NCBI RefSeq assembly: GCF_036405735.1
Contig: NZ_DASWXC010000013.1
Location: 40,268-104,267 of the forward strand
Length of the DNA: 64,000 nucleotides
Reading direction: 5' to 3'
Origin: Nocardioides sp.
GTDB lineage: Bacteria > Actinomycetota > Actinomycetes > Propionibacteriales > Nocardioidaceae
Shown: positions 20,911 through 30,572 of the stretch, in pieces
Layout: every line of letters begins with the position of its first letter
How positions within the stretch are numbered: position 1 is the first letter of the stretch
Made by a program: the position numbers and the translations under genes
The notes under the pieces: generated by a model
Told to the model about the DNA's origin: nothing
The model's input: only the letters and a program-made list of their open reading frames with translations
Database searches by the model: none

Positions 20911-22728
20911 TCAGCTGGCGGTGAGGGGTGCGTCCTTGGGCTTTGGGATGTCGTTCTGCCACGCCGGCGGCGTGTAGGCGTACAGGCTGCCGGCGGCGCC
21001 GCGGACGCGGTCGACGTACGCATGCGCCTCGGCGGGGATCTGCACCCGCGTGGCGGCCCCGCGGGCCAGGTACATCGTGGTGAAGCCGTGCGCGTGGGCC
21101 GCCTTCAGGATCCGCAGGGCGTAGGTCGGTCCGCCGGAGAGGTTGGACAGCACCTTGATCTCCACGCGCCTCTGCCACGCCGGCCCGTAGTAGCGCCGGG
21201 CCGACGCCGCGAGGCTGCTGAAGGCCAGGTTCAGCGCGCGCGGGCTGGTGAAGGGCCGGATGTTCTTCACCTCCCACTCCACGGAGATGCCGCGGGCGGC
21301 GTTCTGCTGGAAGGTCATGTCCGCGTTGCGGAGGCCGACACGTCGTCGCATGCCCGACCAGGCGCGCGTCGGGAAGCGGCCCTTCTTCAGCCACCGCGGG
21401 TTGTACGGCGCGCCGTGCGCGTTCACCCAGGTCAGGTGGCCGGGCTGGGACACCCCGCGCGCGCCGGAGCGCATGACGGCGGCCGTGGTGAACGAGAGCT
21501 GCCCGTTCTGGTCGATCCACTTGTAGCCGCGGGCCGCCGCCGCGCGGGTGCCGCGGAGCGAGTCTCCGATGGTGCCGCTGCCGCCCTTGGTGCGGGCGTT
21601 GTTGTGGTACAGCGCTCGGCCCGGTGCGGCGTAGGCCACCCTGCCGACGACCGACTCGAAGCTCGGCTCGGAGGCGGCCTTCGAGCCGTTGAGGTCGACG
21701 TCGGCGACCGTGATGTAGAAGCCGTTGGCCGGGACGGGTGCGAAGGTCACGTCGCCGTTCACGTCGGTGGCGAGGAGCTGGTCGACCGGCGTGCGTGACC
21801 CGTTGGCGTAGCCGGTCAGACGCGCCGGGGCGCCGACGACGGGCTGGCCGTACTGGTCGGACAGCTTCGAGGTGATGACCACGCCGCCCGCGACCGGGAC
21901 CGTGGTGGAGCGCACGTGGGTCACGACCTGGGCGTAGAGCGGCGCCTCCACGGCCTCGGAGGAGGTGCCGTCGGTGACCCGGATGACCGCGCGACGGGCG
22001 GCGACCTGCTCGGGTGTGAGCGTCAGCGTGGCGCGGAAGATGCCGCCGCTGGGCGCCGTGCCGCCCGTCGTCGGTGCGGTGGAGGACGCGAGCGTCGGAG
22101 CGTCAGCCCGGTGGTCGAGGCTTCCGGTGGTCCCGCCTGTGGTGCGCGTATAGGTGTGGCCGTCGAGCCGGGAGGTGAAGTACCCGAGCGGCACCGCGGC
22201 GCAATCGCCGGTCCCCTTCGCGATCTTGACCCGGGGCCTGATGAAGGGGCCGCAGAGCGTCTCGCCGGTGCGGTCGTCCTTGAGGTCCTTGTCCGGCTCG
22301 GCGAACCTGGTCGCGCTCGGCGAGATGGTGACGTTCGCCTGAACAGGCGGGTCGGCCAGGTTCAGCGGCACGAGGCAGTCCGCGTCACTGAACGCGGCGG
22401 CCTCCAAGGCCAGCGTTCCGGACGCCGACGCGGTGATCGTGGTCTCGAAGACGTCAGCACTGCGGGCCAGGCAGCTGGTGCCCGGCGCCCCTCCGGTCGC
22501 CGTCAGCTTCACGGACTGCACGGTGGTCGCGGCGCCGAGCATCACGTGCACGTCCCCGGGCCGGACGCTCTGGCCGTCGATCGGCGTGAAGAACGCCACC
22601 GCCGGCTCGTCCCCGTCCGCCGCCGCGGCGCTGCCGATGGCCACCGCCGGAACCGTCGAGGCCACCAGCGTGGCGGCAGCCAGCCGCGCGACGTGTCGGA
22701 GATGCTTGCTGAACCGTGCCATGCGCAC
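20911..22728 (-). CDS. Secreted multidomain protein with a possible C-terminal GDPD/PLC-like phosphodiesterase barrel
   Basis: N-terminal signal peptide (AVAIGSAAAADG) and Thr/Gly-rich linkers. The C-terminal YHNNA...GDSL...GYKWIDQNGQLS...ISVEWEVK loosely parallels the GDPD motifs HRG...ENTL...GAD.IE.D...E.K. The domain call is weak. Confidence 0.4.
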   Translation of the reverse strand: MRMARFSKHLRHVARLAAATLVASTVPAVAIGSAAAADGDEPAVAFFTPIDGQSVRPGDVHVMLGAATTVQSVKLTATGGAPGTSCLARSADVFETTITASASGTLALEAAAFSDADCLVPLNLADPPVQANVTISPSATRFAEPDKDLKDDRTGETLCGPFIRPRVKIAKGTGDCAAVPLGYFTSRLDGHTYTRTTGGTTGSLDHRADAPTLASSTAPTTGGTAPSGGIFRATLTLTPEQVAARRAVIRVTDGTSSEAVEAPLYAQVVTHVRSTTVPVAGGVVITSKLSDQYGQPVVGAPARLTGYANGSRTPVDQLLATDVNGDVTFAPVPANGFYITVADVDLNGSKAASEPSFESVVGRVAYAAPGRALYHNNARTKGGSGTIGDSLRGTRAAAARGYKWIDQNGQLSFTTAAVMRSGARGVSQPGHLTWVNAHGAPYNPRWLKKGRFPTRAWSGMRRRVGLRNADMTFQQNAARGISVEWEVKNIRPFTSPRALNLAFSSLAASARRYYGPAWQRRVEIKVLSNLSGGPTYALRILKAAHAHGFTTMYLARGAATRVQIPAEAHAYVDRVRGAAGSLYAYTPPAWQNDIPKPKDAPLTAS

Positions 22729-22868
22729 GCCCTTCGTCCGCGGCGCCTCCCGATGAGGTGCACATGTGACTGGTGTGAAAAGCGTGACGAAGATTAACCC
22801 GAGACCGACCGACCGTCAGCCAGATCGCGGCAACCCACGGCACGGCGGCACGAACAACCGCCGAAATG

Positions 22869-22898
22869 CCGACGGGCCCGCTCTCGCGGGCCCGTCGG
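22869..22898 (-). terminator. Stem-loop downstream of tRNA-Arg
   Basis: CCGACGGGCCCG-CTCTCG-CGGGCCCGTCGG, a perfect 12-bp stem. Confidence 0.65.
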
Positions 22899-22903
22899 AT
22901 CGG

Positions 22904-22976
22904 TGCCTCCGGCAGGATTCGAACCTGCGGCACCTGGTACCGGAAACCAGTGCTCTATCCCCTGAGCTACGGAGGC
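22904..22976 (-). tRNA. tRNA-Arg (anticodon CCG)
   Basis: The reverse complement is GCCTCCGTAGCTCAGGGGATAGAGCACTGGTTTCCGGTACCAGGTGCCGCAGGTTCGAATCCTGCCGGAGGCA. It folds as a 73-nt cloverleaf with a 7-bp acceptor stem, a GTTCGAATC T-loop and anticodon loop TTCCGGT. No CCA is encoded. Confidence 0.93.
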
Positions 22977-23102
22977 AACGCACCGGCGTGGCCAGTGCGT
23001 GGATGACCCTACAACCACCGCAGGGATGCGTCGAAACCGGGCGCGGGTTCCGGCGCCGATACTGGTTCGGGGCCACCGGCACCGCGCCGTTAGGCTTGCC
23101 GG

Positions 23103-24794
23103 GTGACCCCTGACCAGCTCTCCAGCGCGATCGTCGACGTCCTGACGACGCTGTCGGACGAAGGCGCGCTCGCGCTTCCCGACGGTGTCCCGAGCAGCGT
23201 GACGGTGGAGCGACCCCGGCAGAAGGGGCACGGCGACTACGCCACGAACGTGGCGCTCCAGCTGGCCAAGAAGGCCGGCACCAACCCGCGGACGCTGGCC
23301 GACCTGGTCGCCTCGCGGCTCACCTCGCACGACGGCATCGCCGGTGTCGAGGTCGCGGGGCCGGGCTTCCTCAACATCAGCGTCGCAGCCGGCGCGCAGG
23401 GCGAGATCGCGGCCGCCGTCGTGACCGCCGGCCCGTCGTACGGCTCCAGCCGGACGCTCGCCGGACAGCGGATCAACGTCGAGTTCATCTCGGCCAACCC
23501 CACCGGACCGCTCCACCTGGGCCACACCCGCTGGGCGGTGCTGGGTGACGCCATCGGCCGTGTGCTGGCCGCCGCCGGCGCGGAGGTCACCCGCGAGTTC
23601 TACATCAACGACCGCGGCGTGCAGATGAACCACTTCGCCGCCTCGATCATCGCGGCCGCGACCGGCCAGCCGACCCCGGAGAACGGCTACGCCGGCGGCT
23701 ACATCGACGACCTGGCCAAGGCCGTCGCCGACGCGGCGCCCGGGATCTTCGAGCTGCCCGAGCCCGAGCGGACGACCGCGGTCCGCGCCAAGGGCTACGA
23801 GCTCCAGCTCAAGGAGCAGCAGCAGCAGCTCGACGGGTTCAACACCCACTTCGACGTGTGGTTCTCCGAGCTCTCCCTGCACGACAGCGGCTCCGTGCCG
23901 GAGACGCTGGCGCGGCTCAAGGAGCTCGGCCACGTCTACGAGGAGGGTGGTGCGCTCTGGATGCGAACCACCGACTTCGGGGACGACAAGGACCGGGTCC
24001 TCATCAAGTCCGACGGTGAGCTGACCTACTTCGCCTCCGACACGGCGTACTACCTCAACAAGCGCGAGCGTGGCTTCGACCACTGCATCTACCTGCTCGG
24101 CGCCGACCACCACGGGTACGTCAACCGGCTGCGGGCCATGGCCGCGTGTGTCGGCGACGACCCGGACCAGACGCTCGACGTGATGATCGGGCAGCTGGTC
24201 AAGATCCTGCGCGACGGCCAGGAGCTGAAGCTCTCCAAGCGCGCGGGGACGATCGTGACGCTGCACGAGCTCGCGGAGGAGATCGGCGTGGACGCGCTGC
24301 GCTACTCCCTGGCGCGCTACCCGGCCGACAGCCCGCTGACCCTCGACGTCGCCGAGATCACCAAGGCGTCCAACGACAACCCGGTCTACTACGTGCAGTA
24401 CGCCCATGCGCGCACGAGCGCGATGGTCCGCAACGCCACCGACCTCGGCATGGCGCTGCCGGACCTGACGCCGTCCGCCGACGGCCCCGGCTTCGACCCC
24501 GCGCTGCTCTCGCACGAGCGTGAGGGCGACCTGCTCCGCGCCCTCGCGGAGTTCCCGCGGGTCGTCGCCAGCGCGGCCGAGCTGCGCGAGCCGCACCGGG
24601 TCGCGCGCTACCTCGAGGACACGGCCTCGATCTTCAACAAGTGGTACGACACCCGCGAGTGCCGCATGTTGCCGCAGGGCGACGAGCCGGTCACGGCCAC
24701 GAACCTCGCGCGGCTGGTGCTGGTGGTCGCGACGCAGACGGTCCTTGCCAACGGCCTCGGCCTGCTGGGCGTCTCGGCACCGGAGCGGATGTGA
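23103..24794 (+). CDS. argS: Arginine--tRNA ligase
   Basis: SANPTGPLHLGH (HIGH motif), an LKLSKRAG (KMSKS-like) motif and full-length similarity. TAGGCT at 23091-23096 is 6 nt before GTG 23103. Confidence 0.95.
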   Translation: MTPDQLSSAIVDVLTTLSDEGALALPDGVPSSVTVERPRQKGHGDYATNVALQLAKKAGTNPRTLADLVASRLTSHDGIAGVEVAGPGFLNISVAAGAQGEIAAAVVTAGPSYGSSRTLAGQRINVEFISANPTGPLHLGHTRWAVLGDAIGRVLAAAGAEVTREFYINDRGVQMNHFAASIIAAATGQPTPENGYAGGYIDDLAKAVADAAPGIFELPEPERTTAVRAKGYELQLKEQQQQLDGFNTHFDVWFSELSLHDSGSVPETLARLKELGHVYEEGGALWMRTTDFGDDKDRVLIKSDGELTYFASDTAYYLNKRERGFDHCIYLLGADHHGYVNRLRAMAACVGDDPDQTLDVMIGQLVKILRDGQELKLSKRAGTIVTLHELAEEIGVDALRYSLARYPADSPLTLDVAEITKASNDNPVYYVQYAHARTSAMVRNATDLGMALPDLTPSADGPGFDPALLSHEREGDLLRALAEFPRVVASAAELREPHRVARYLEDTASIFNKWYDTRECRMLPQGDEPVTATNLARLVLVVATQTVLANGLGLLGVSAPERM

Positions 24795-26188
24795 CGCGCT
24801 CGATGGCTGGTCACGTCTCGCCGGGCGGCTTCACCGGCACCTCGCCCGTCTGGCTGCGCGAGCCCGACGACGTCAATGCGCTGGTCGGCTCGCTGTGGCC
24901 ACGGACCGCGACGAAGGTCGACGGTGTGCTCCAGGTCGGGGGCCTGTCCGTGCCCGAGATCGTCGCCAACGTCAACACGCCGGCGTTCCTGCTCGACGAG
25001 GCCGACTTCCGTGCCCGCGCGCGCGCCTTCCGCGACGCGTTCGCCGGCTGCGACGTCTACTACGCCGGCAAGGCGTTCATCAGTACGGCGGTGGCCCGGT
25101 GGGTCGCGGAGGAGGGGCTGTTCCTCGACGTCTGCTCCGACGGCGAGCTGACCGTCGCGCTGCGGGCCGGGGTCGAGCCCGCCCGGATCGGCTACCACGG
25201 CAACAACAAGTCCGCGATGGAGCTGCGCCGTGCCGTGCACGAGGGCGTCGGCCGGATCATCGTGGACTCCATCGTGGAGATCGACCGCCTGGCCGACATC
25301 GCTACGCAGCTCGGCGTCGTGCAGCCGGTCATGGTGCGCGTGACGGCCGGCGTGGAGGCGCACACGCACGAGTTCATCGCCACCGCGCACGAGGACCAGA
25401 AGTTCGGCTTCTCGATCAGCTCCGGATCGGCCTTCGAGGCGGTGCGTCAGGTGCTCGCGGCCGGGAGCCTCGACCTGCGTGGCCTGCACAGCCACATCGG
25501 CAGCCAGATCTTCGACACCTCCGGATGGGAGGTGGCGGCGCGGCGGGTGCTCGCGCTGCACGCCCGCGTCGCGGCCGAGCTGGGTCACGCCATGCCCGAG
25601 CTCGATCTCGGCGGTGGTTTCGGCATCGCGTACACCACCCAGGACGACCCGGCCGATCCGGCGGTGCTGGCCGAGCAGATCATCAGGATCGTGGCGGCCG
25701 AGTGCGGCGCGCTCGGCGTCGACGTACCGCACCTCTCGATCGAGCCGGGCCGGGCCGTCGTCGGCCCGGCGATGTTCACCGTCTACACGGTCGGCACCGT
25801 CAAGGAGGTCTCGCTGGACGGCGGCGCGACCCGCACCTACGTCAGCGTCGACGGCGGCATGAGCGACAACATCCGCACCGCCCTGTACGACGCCGACTAC
25901 TCCTGCACCCTCGCCTCCCGTGCCTCGGACGCCGCGCCGGTGCTCGCGCGGGTGGTCGGCAAGCACTGCGAGTCGGGCGACATCGTGGTCAAGGACGAGT
26001 TCCTGCCCGGCGACGTTCGTCCCGGCGACCTGGTCGCCGTCCCCGGCACGGGCGCCTACGGCCGCTCGATGGCGTCGAACTACAACCACGCCCTGCGCCC
26101 GCCCGTCGTCGCGGTCCGTGACGGCGCGGCCCGGGTGATCGTCCGCCGCGAGACCGTCGACGACCTGCTGGCCACCGACGTCGGCTGA
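24791..26188 (+). CDS. lysA: Diaminopimelate decarboxylase
   Basis: TPAFLLDEADFRARARAFRDAF, YAGKAF (PLP Lys), HSHIGSQI, GGGFGI and CESGD. GTG 24791 overlaps the argS stop; ATG 24803 is an alternative. Confidence 0.9.
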   Translation: MTRSMAGHVSPGGFTGTSPVWLREPDDVNALVGSLWPRTATKVDGVLQVGGLSVPEIVANVNTPAFLLDEADFRARARAFRDAFAGCDVYYAGKAFISTAVARWVAEEGLFLDVCSDGELTVALRAGVEPARIGYHGNNKSAMELRRAVHEGVGRIIVDSIVEIDRLADIATQLGVVQPVMVRVTAGVEAHTHEFIATAHEDQKFGFSISSGSAFEAVRQVLAAGSLDLRGLHSHIGSQIFDTSGWEVAARRVLALHARVAAELGHAMPELDLGGGFGIAYTTQDDPADPAVLAEQIIRIVAAECGALGVDVPHLSIEPGRAVVGPAMFTVYTVGTVKEVSLDGGATRTYVSVDGGMSDNIRTALYDADYSCTLASRASDAAPVLARVVGKHCESGDIVVKDEFLPGDVRPGDLVAVPGTGAYGRSMASNYNHALRPPVVAVRDGAARVIVRRETVDDLLATDVG

Positions 26189-26203
26189 GCGCCTGCCTGT
26201 TCG

Positions 26204-26279
26204 TCAAGGTATGCAGAGGAAGGTGCACCTACCGTGCGGAGTTCCGCGAGGGATGTGCGCACTTCCCTGCATACCTTGA
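26204..26279. other. 76-nt imperfect long hairpin with a nested mini-hairpin (terminator or structured RNA)
   Basis: Arms TCAAGGTATGCAGAGGAAGGTGCAC (26204-26228) and GTGCGCACTTCCCTGCATACCTTGA (26255-26279). The inner hairpin is GCGGA-GT-TCCGC at 26236-26247. The element is AT-richer than its surroundings. Confidence 0.5.
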
Positions 26280-26286
26280 TGGGCAT

Positions 26287-26859
26287 TCACGCCCGCAGCC
26301 GGGCCAGCACCGCCTGCCCGCGCGGCGAGAGCCGGTAGCCGACCGGCAGGCTCTCGGTGAGGCCGAGCTCCTTGAGCCGGCGTACGTCGGCCTTGAACGG
26401 CTTCTTCTCGCGACCGATGCTCGCCGCGATCGTCTCGGCGAGCTCGGCGGGCCGCGCCTCGATGAGCTCGAGGTGCTGCCGGACCCACGGGCCGCGACGG
26501 GAGCGCCGGTCCATCTCGGCGAGCCGCGCCAGCAGCGCGACGATCTCCGCCTCGTCCGGGAGCCGCTCGCGCAAGGACGCCCGCTCATCGGCCCCGCCGA
26601 AGCGCACGCCGATCCGGTAGACGTCACCGTCCTTGCGCGAGAGGAAGGCCAACAGCGCCGGCAGCGTCGTGCCGGCGCGGGCGGCGTCCTGCGGCGTCAG
26701 AGCCGCGGGGTCGACCACGTCGACCGAGACGAACTCCACCACGCCGATCCGGGTGCGCTGCCGCCCGCCGGCGACGTGCATCGGCCGCTTCCAGCGCCGG
26801 AACGCCAGGTCGACCTCGCCGGCGGCGATCCGGTCCAGGTCGGCGTTGGGGAAGAGCAC
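26287..26859 (-). CDS. Hypothetical protein, possible ASCH (PUA-like) domain plus C-terminal winged helix
   Basis: VLFPNADLDRIAAGEVDLAFRRWKRP resembles ASCH N-termini. Start GTG 26859 (CAGGAT 6 nt upstream) chosen over ATG 26913 and the tracked 26997. Function is uncertain. Confidence 0.35.
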   Translation of the reverse strand: MLFPNADLDRIAAGEVDLAFRRWKRPMHVAGGRQRTRIGVVEFVSVDVVDPAALTPQDAARAGTTLPALLAFLSRKDGDVYRIGVRFGGADERASLRERLPDEAEIVALLARLAEMDRRSRRGPWVRQHLELIEARPAELAETIAASIGREKKPFKADVRRLKELGLTESLPVGYRLSPRGQAVLARLRA

Positions 26860-26983
26860 GACGCCATCCTGCCGTCGGGCGGCGCTCGTGTCAGGTGGTC
26901 CGGAGGCGCACATCCGGTGCGAAGGATGTCCGCGTTCGGACCGTCCGGCACCGCGGGCGGCCGTGCGCCGATACCCTGGTCCG

Positions 26984-28327
26984 GTGAGCAGCGACATGGC
27001 CTACCAGACCCCGGAGGGCGACAAGCCCGGGCCGGGCACCGGCCGACCCCTCGGGATCGCCGTGCTCGGCTGCGGATCGGTCGGATCGCAGGTCGTCCGA
27101 CTGCTCGAGGAGCAGTCCGGTGACCTGGCGGCCCGGATCGGAGCGCCCGTGCGGCTCGTCGGCGTCGCCGTACGCCGCCTCGACGCGCCGCGGGAGGTGG
27201 ACCTTCCCGCGGAGCTGCTGACGACCGACGCGCAGGCCCTCGTCACCCGCGACGACGTCGACGTCGTCATCGAGGTGATCGGCGGGATCGAGCCGGCCCG
27301 CAGCCTCATCCTGGCCGCCCTGGAGTCCGGGGCGAGCGTCGTGACGGCCAACAAGGCCCTGCTCGCCGAGGACGGCGCGACGCTGTTCGAGGCCGCCGAG
27401 AAGGCCGGCCGCGACCTCTACTACGAGGCCGCCGTCGCCGGTGCCATCCCGATCCTGCGCCCGCTGCGCGACTCGCTCGCCGGCGACAAGGTGACCCGGG
27501 TGATGGGCATCGTCAACGGCACCACGAACTACATCCTCGACAAGATGGACACCCACGGCTCGGGCTTCGACGAGGCGCTCGCCGAGGCGCAGGAGCTGGG
27601 GTACGCCGAGGCCGACCCGACGGCCGACGTCGACGGGTTCGACGCCGCCGCCAAGTGCGCGATCCTCGCCAGTCTCGCCTTCCACTCCCGGGTGACGGCT
27701 GCCGACGTCCACCGCGAGGGCATCGCCGACGTCACGGCCACGGACGTGGCCAGCGCCAAGGCGATGGGCTCGGTCGTCAAGCTGCTGGCGATCACCGAGC
27801 TCAAGGACGGCGCGGTGAGCGCGCGGGTGCACCCCGTGATGATCCCGCGCCATCACCCGCTCGCCAGCGTCCGCGACGCGTTCAACGCCGTCTTCGTGGA
27901 GTCCGAGGCCGCCGGTCAGCTGATGTTCTACGGCCGCGGCGCCGGCGGTGCCCCCACCGCGAGCGCCGTCCTCGGCGACCTGGTGAGCGTCGCGCGCAAC
28001 CTCGTGGCCGGCAGCAGCAGCGCGCCGGCCTCGACGTACGCCGACCGGGCGGTGCTGCCGATGGGGGAGACCGTCACCCGCTACCACGTCTCGCTCGACG
28101 TCGCCGACCGCGCCGGCGTGCTCGCCGCGGTCGCGACCGCCTTCGCCGAGCAGGGGGTCTCGATCCAGACGGTGCGGCAGGAGGGTCGTGACGACGACGC
28201 GCAGCTGGTCGTGGTCTCGCACGAGGCCACCGACGCCCAGCTGTCCGCCACGGTGGACCACCTGCGCGGCATGGAGATCGTCCGCGACGTCACCTCGGTG
28301 ATGCGGGTAGAGGGAGAGCACGAGTGA
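26984..28327 (+). CDS. hom: Homoserine dehydrogenase
   Basis: [17 protein letters not shown] (NAD site), [32 protein letters not shown] and a C-terminal ACT domain. TACCCT at 26972-26977 is 6 nt before GTG 26984; ATG 26996 is an alternative. Confidence 0.92.
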   Translation: MSSDMAYQTPEGDKPGPGTGRPLGIAVLGCGSVGSQVVRLLEEQSGDLAARIGAPVRLVGVAVRRLDAPREVDLPAELLTTDAQALVTRDDVDVVIEVIGGIEPARSLILAALESGASVVTANKALLAEDGATLFEAAEKAGRDLYYEAAVAGAIPILRPLRDSLAGDKVTRVMGIVNGTTNYILDKMDTHGSGFDEALAEAQELGYAEADPTADVDGFDAAAKCAILASLAFHSRVTAADVHREGIADVTATDVASAKAMGSVVKLLAITELKDGAVSARVHPVMIPRHHPLASVRDAFNAVFVESEAAGQLMFYGRGAGGAPTASAVLGDLVSVARNLVAGSSSAPASTYADRAVLPMGETVTRYHVSLDVADRAGVLAAVATAFAEQGVSIQTVRQEGRDDDAQLVVVSHEATDAQLSATVDHLRGMEIVRDVTSVMRVEGEHE

Positions 28328-29415
28328 GCACCCACCAGCCGTCCCACGGGTCGGCCCATCAGTGGCGCGGTGTCATCGAGGAGTACCGCGACCTGCTCGA
28401 CATCCCCGCCGACACCCCGGCGGTGACGCTGGGGGAGGGGGGCACGCCGCTGGTCGAGTCACGCTGGCTCTCCGAGGTGGCCGACGCGCAGGTGTGGCTC
28501 AAGGTCGAGGGCCAGAACCCCACCGGCTCCTTCAAGGACCGCGGCATGACCGCGGCCATCTCCGTCGCCGTGCACCAGGGCGCCCAGGCGTGTGTCTGCG
28601 CGTCCACCGGCAATACGTCGGCCTCCATGGCCGCCTACGCCGCCAAGGCGCGGATCACCCCGGTCGTGCTGGTGCCCGAGGGCAAGATCGCCGCCGGCAA
28701 GATGGCCCAGGCCGTGCTCCACGGCGCCCACGTCATCCAGGTCCGCGGCAACTTCGACGACTGCCTGAAGCTCTCCCGCGGACTGGCCGAGCACTACCCG
28801 GTGGCGCTGGTGAACTCCGTCAACCCGGTGCGGCTCGAGGGCCAGAAGACCGCCTCGTTCGAGGTCGTCGACCGGCTCGGCGACGCCCCCGACTTCCACC
28901 TGCTGCCGGTCGGCAACGCCGGCAACATCTCCGCCTACTGGCTCGGCTACCGGCAGTACGCCGACCTCGGCCGTGCCACGAAGCGCCCTGTCATGCGGGC
29001 CTACCAGGCCGAGGGCGCCGCGCCGCTGGTGCACGGCCGGGTGTTCCCGAACCCCGAGACCAAGGCGACCGCGATCCGGATCGGCAACCCCGCCTCCTGG
29101 AAGCTCGCCGAGGCGGCGGCCGCGGAGTCGGGCGGCCGGTTCGCGGCGCTGTCGGATGAGCAGATCCTGGCCGCCCAGCGGGCGCTGGCCGCCAACGACG
29201 GCGTGTTCGTCGAGCCGGCGTCCGCCGCCGGTGTGGCCGGGCTGCTGCAGGACTTGGACCAGGGGGAGACCTACGCCGGCGCGACCGTGGTCATCACGGT
29301 CACCGGTCATGGCCTCAAGGACACCGTGACCGCGCTCGAGGGCTTCGGCGAGCTGCGGCCGACCGTGGTGGACGCCGACGTCGACGCCGCGGCCGCCGCC
29401 GCCGGGCTGGCCTGA
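28324..29415 (+). CDS. thrC: Threonine synthase
   Basis: [12 protein letters not shown] (PLP lysine motif), ASTGNTSAS and GNAGNISA. The start overlaps the hom stop. Confidence 0.92.
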   Translation: MSTHQPSHGSAHQWRGVIEEYRDLLDIPADTPAVTLGEGGTPLVESRWLSEVADAQVWLKVEGQNPTGSFKDRGMTAAISVAVHQGAQACVCASTGNTSASMAAYAAKARITPVVLVPEGKIAAGKMAQAVLHGAHVIQVRGNFDDCLKLSRGLAEHYPVALVNSVNPVRLEGQKTASFEVVDRLGDAPDFHLLPVGNAGNISAYWLGYRQYADLGRATKRPVMRAYQAEGAAPLVHGRVFPNPETKATAIRIGNPASWKLAEAAAAESGGRFAALSDEQILAAQRALAANDGVFVEPASAAGVAGLLQDLDQGETYAGATVVITVTGHGLKDTVTALEGFGELRPTVVDADVDAAAAAAGLA

Positions 29416-29416
29416 G

Positions 29417-30328
29417 GTGGTGCGGTTCGTCCCCGGGCCGGTCACCGTCACCGTCCCGGCCACCTCGGCCAACCTCGGCCCCGGGTACGACTCGCTCGGA
29501 CTGGCGCTGGACCTGCGCGACACCCTGACCGCGAGCGTCGCGGCCGGCGGTCTCGAGATCGAGGTCAGCGGGGAGGGCGCGGGCGCCGTACCCCTCGACG
29601 AGACGCACCTCGTCGTCCGCGCCATGCGCGCCGCCTTCGCCCAGATGGGCGGGGAGCCGGCCGGACTGAGGCTGCGGTGCCGCAACGTCATCCCGCACGC
29701 GCGGGGGATGGGCTCGTCCTCGGCCGCCATCGTCGGCGGGATCGTGCTGGCCCGCGCCCTGGTCGCGGGCGGCGAGCTGCTGCTCGACGACGACGCCGCC
29801 TTCCGGCTCGCGGCCGAGATCGAAGGACATCCCGACAACGTCGCCCCGGCCTTCTACGGCGGCTTCACGATCTCCGGCCACGACGACGACGGCTTCTACG
29901 CCGTACGTGCCGCCGTCGATCCCCGGGTGAGCGCCGTCGTGTTCGTCCCGCCGACCGGCGTCGAGACCAAGGTGGCCCGCGGCCTGCTGCCCGATGCCGT
30001 GCCCCACGCCGACGCTGCGGCCGACGCCGGCCGCTCCGCGCTGCTGGTCGCCGCGCTCGCGAGTCAGCCGGAGCAGCTGCACCGCGCCACCCGCGACTAC
30101 CTGCACCAGGACTACCGCCGTCCGGCGATGCCCGACAGCCTCGCCCTGGTCGACGACCTGCGCGCCGACGGCCATGCGGCCATCGTGTCCGGCGCCGGGC
30201 CGACAGTGCTGGCGTTCAGCGACGGTCCCGACACCACGTTGACCAAGGAGCTGCTCACCCGGTGCCCCGAGGGGTGGGCCGCCCGCCACCTCGCGGTCGA
30301 CACCTCCGGCGCCGTGGTCGACGCCTAG
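29417..30328 (+). CDS. thrB: Homoserine kinase
   Basis: VPATSANLGPGYDSLGLAL and GMGSSSAAIVGG (GHMP kinase motif). Confidence 0.9.
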   Translation: MVRFVPGPVTVTVPATSANLGPGYDSLGLALDLRDTLTASVAAGGLEIEVSGEGAGAVPLDETHLVVRAMRAAFAQMGGEPAGLRLRCRNVIPHARGMGSSSAAIVGGIVLARALVAGGELLLDDDAAFRLAAEIEGHPDNVAPAFYGGFTISGHDDDGFYAVRAAVDPRVSAVVFVPPTGVETKVARGLLPDAVPHADAAADAGRSALLVAALASQPEQLHRATRDYLHQDYRRPAMPDSLALVDDLRADGHAAIVSGAGPTVLAFSDGPDTTLTKELLTRCPEGWAARHLAVDTSGAVVDA

Positions 30329-30572
30329 TCGTGCGTGCTGGCCTGCGCCGCGTCCCCGGTGCCCACCGGTGATACATTGATCGCGCGCCGCAGGTACGGC
30401 GCACGCACTCCCGGACCGCTCGGTCCCGGACGCACCCCACTTCCCGCGCTCGACTGCAGGTCATCACTGCACGCGTGCGCGACTCCTGCCCGAAGACGCG
30501 GGAAGCCCTGACACCCAGTCAGCCGCCGGAGCCGACGCCCGGCCGGCTGTGACGACGTGGGAAGGACCTCAC

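Noticed and set aside
22774-22789. A third CRP-like site, TGTGAAAAGCGTGACG, upstream of the secreted protein gene.
   Set aside because: Only the left half-site matches. The right arm is TGACG rather than TCACA/G, which breaks the GTG-N8-CAC core.
22729-22976. tRNA-Arg as an integration site of a genomic island or prophage.
   Set aside because: There is no integrase or recombinase gene nearby. I found no direct repeat of the tRNA 3' end within the window. The flanking genes (argS, LCP, a secreted protein) have ordinary GC content and codon bias.
22977-23102. T-box, riboswitch or attenuator leaders upstream of argS, hom-thrC-thrB and meaA (B12 riboswitch).
   Set aside because: The predicted -10 hexamers lie 6-7 nt from the start codons, so the transcripts look leaderless. 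The remaining intergenic sequence (70-126 nt) lies upstream of the promoters, and I could not recognise conserved riboswitch cores such as a B12 box or T-box motif.
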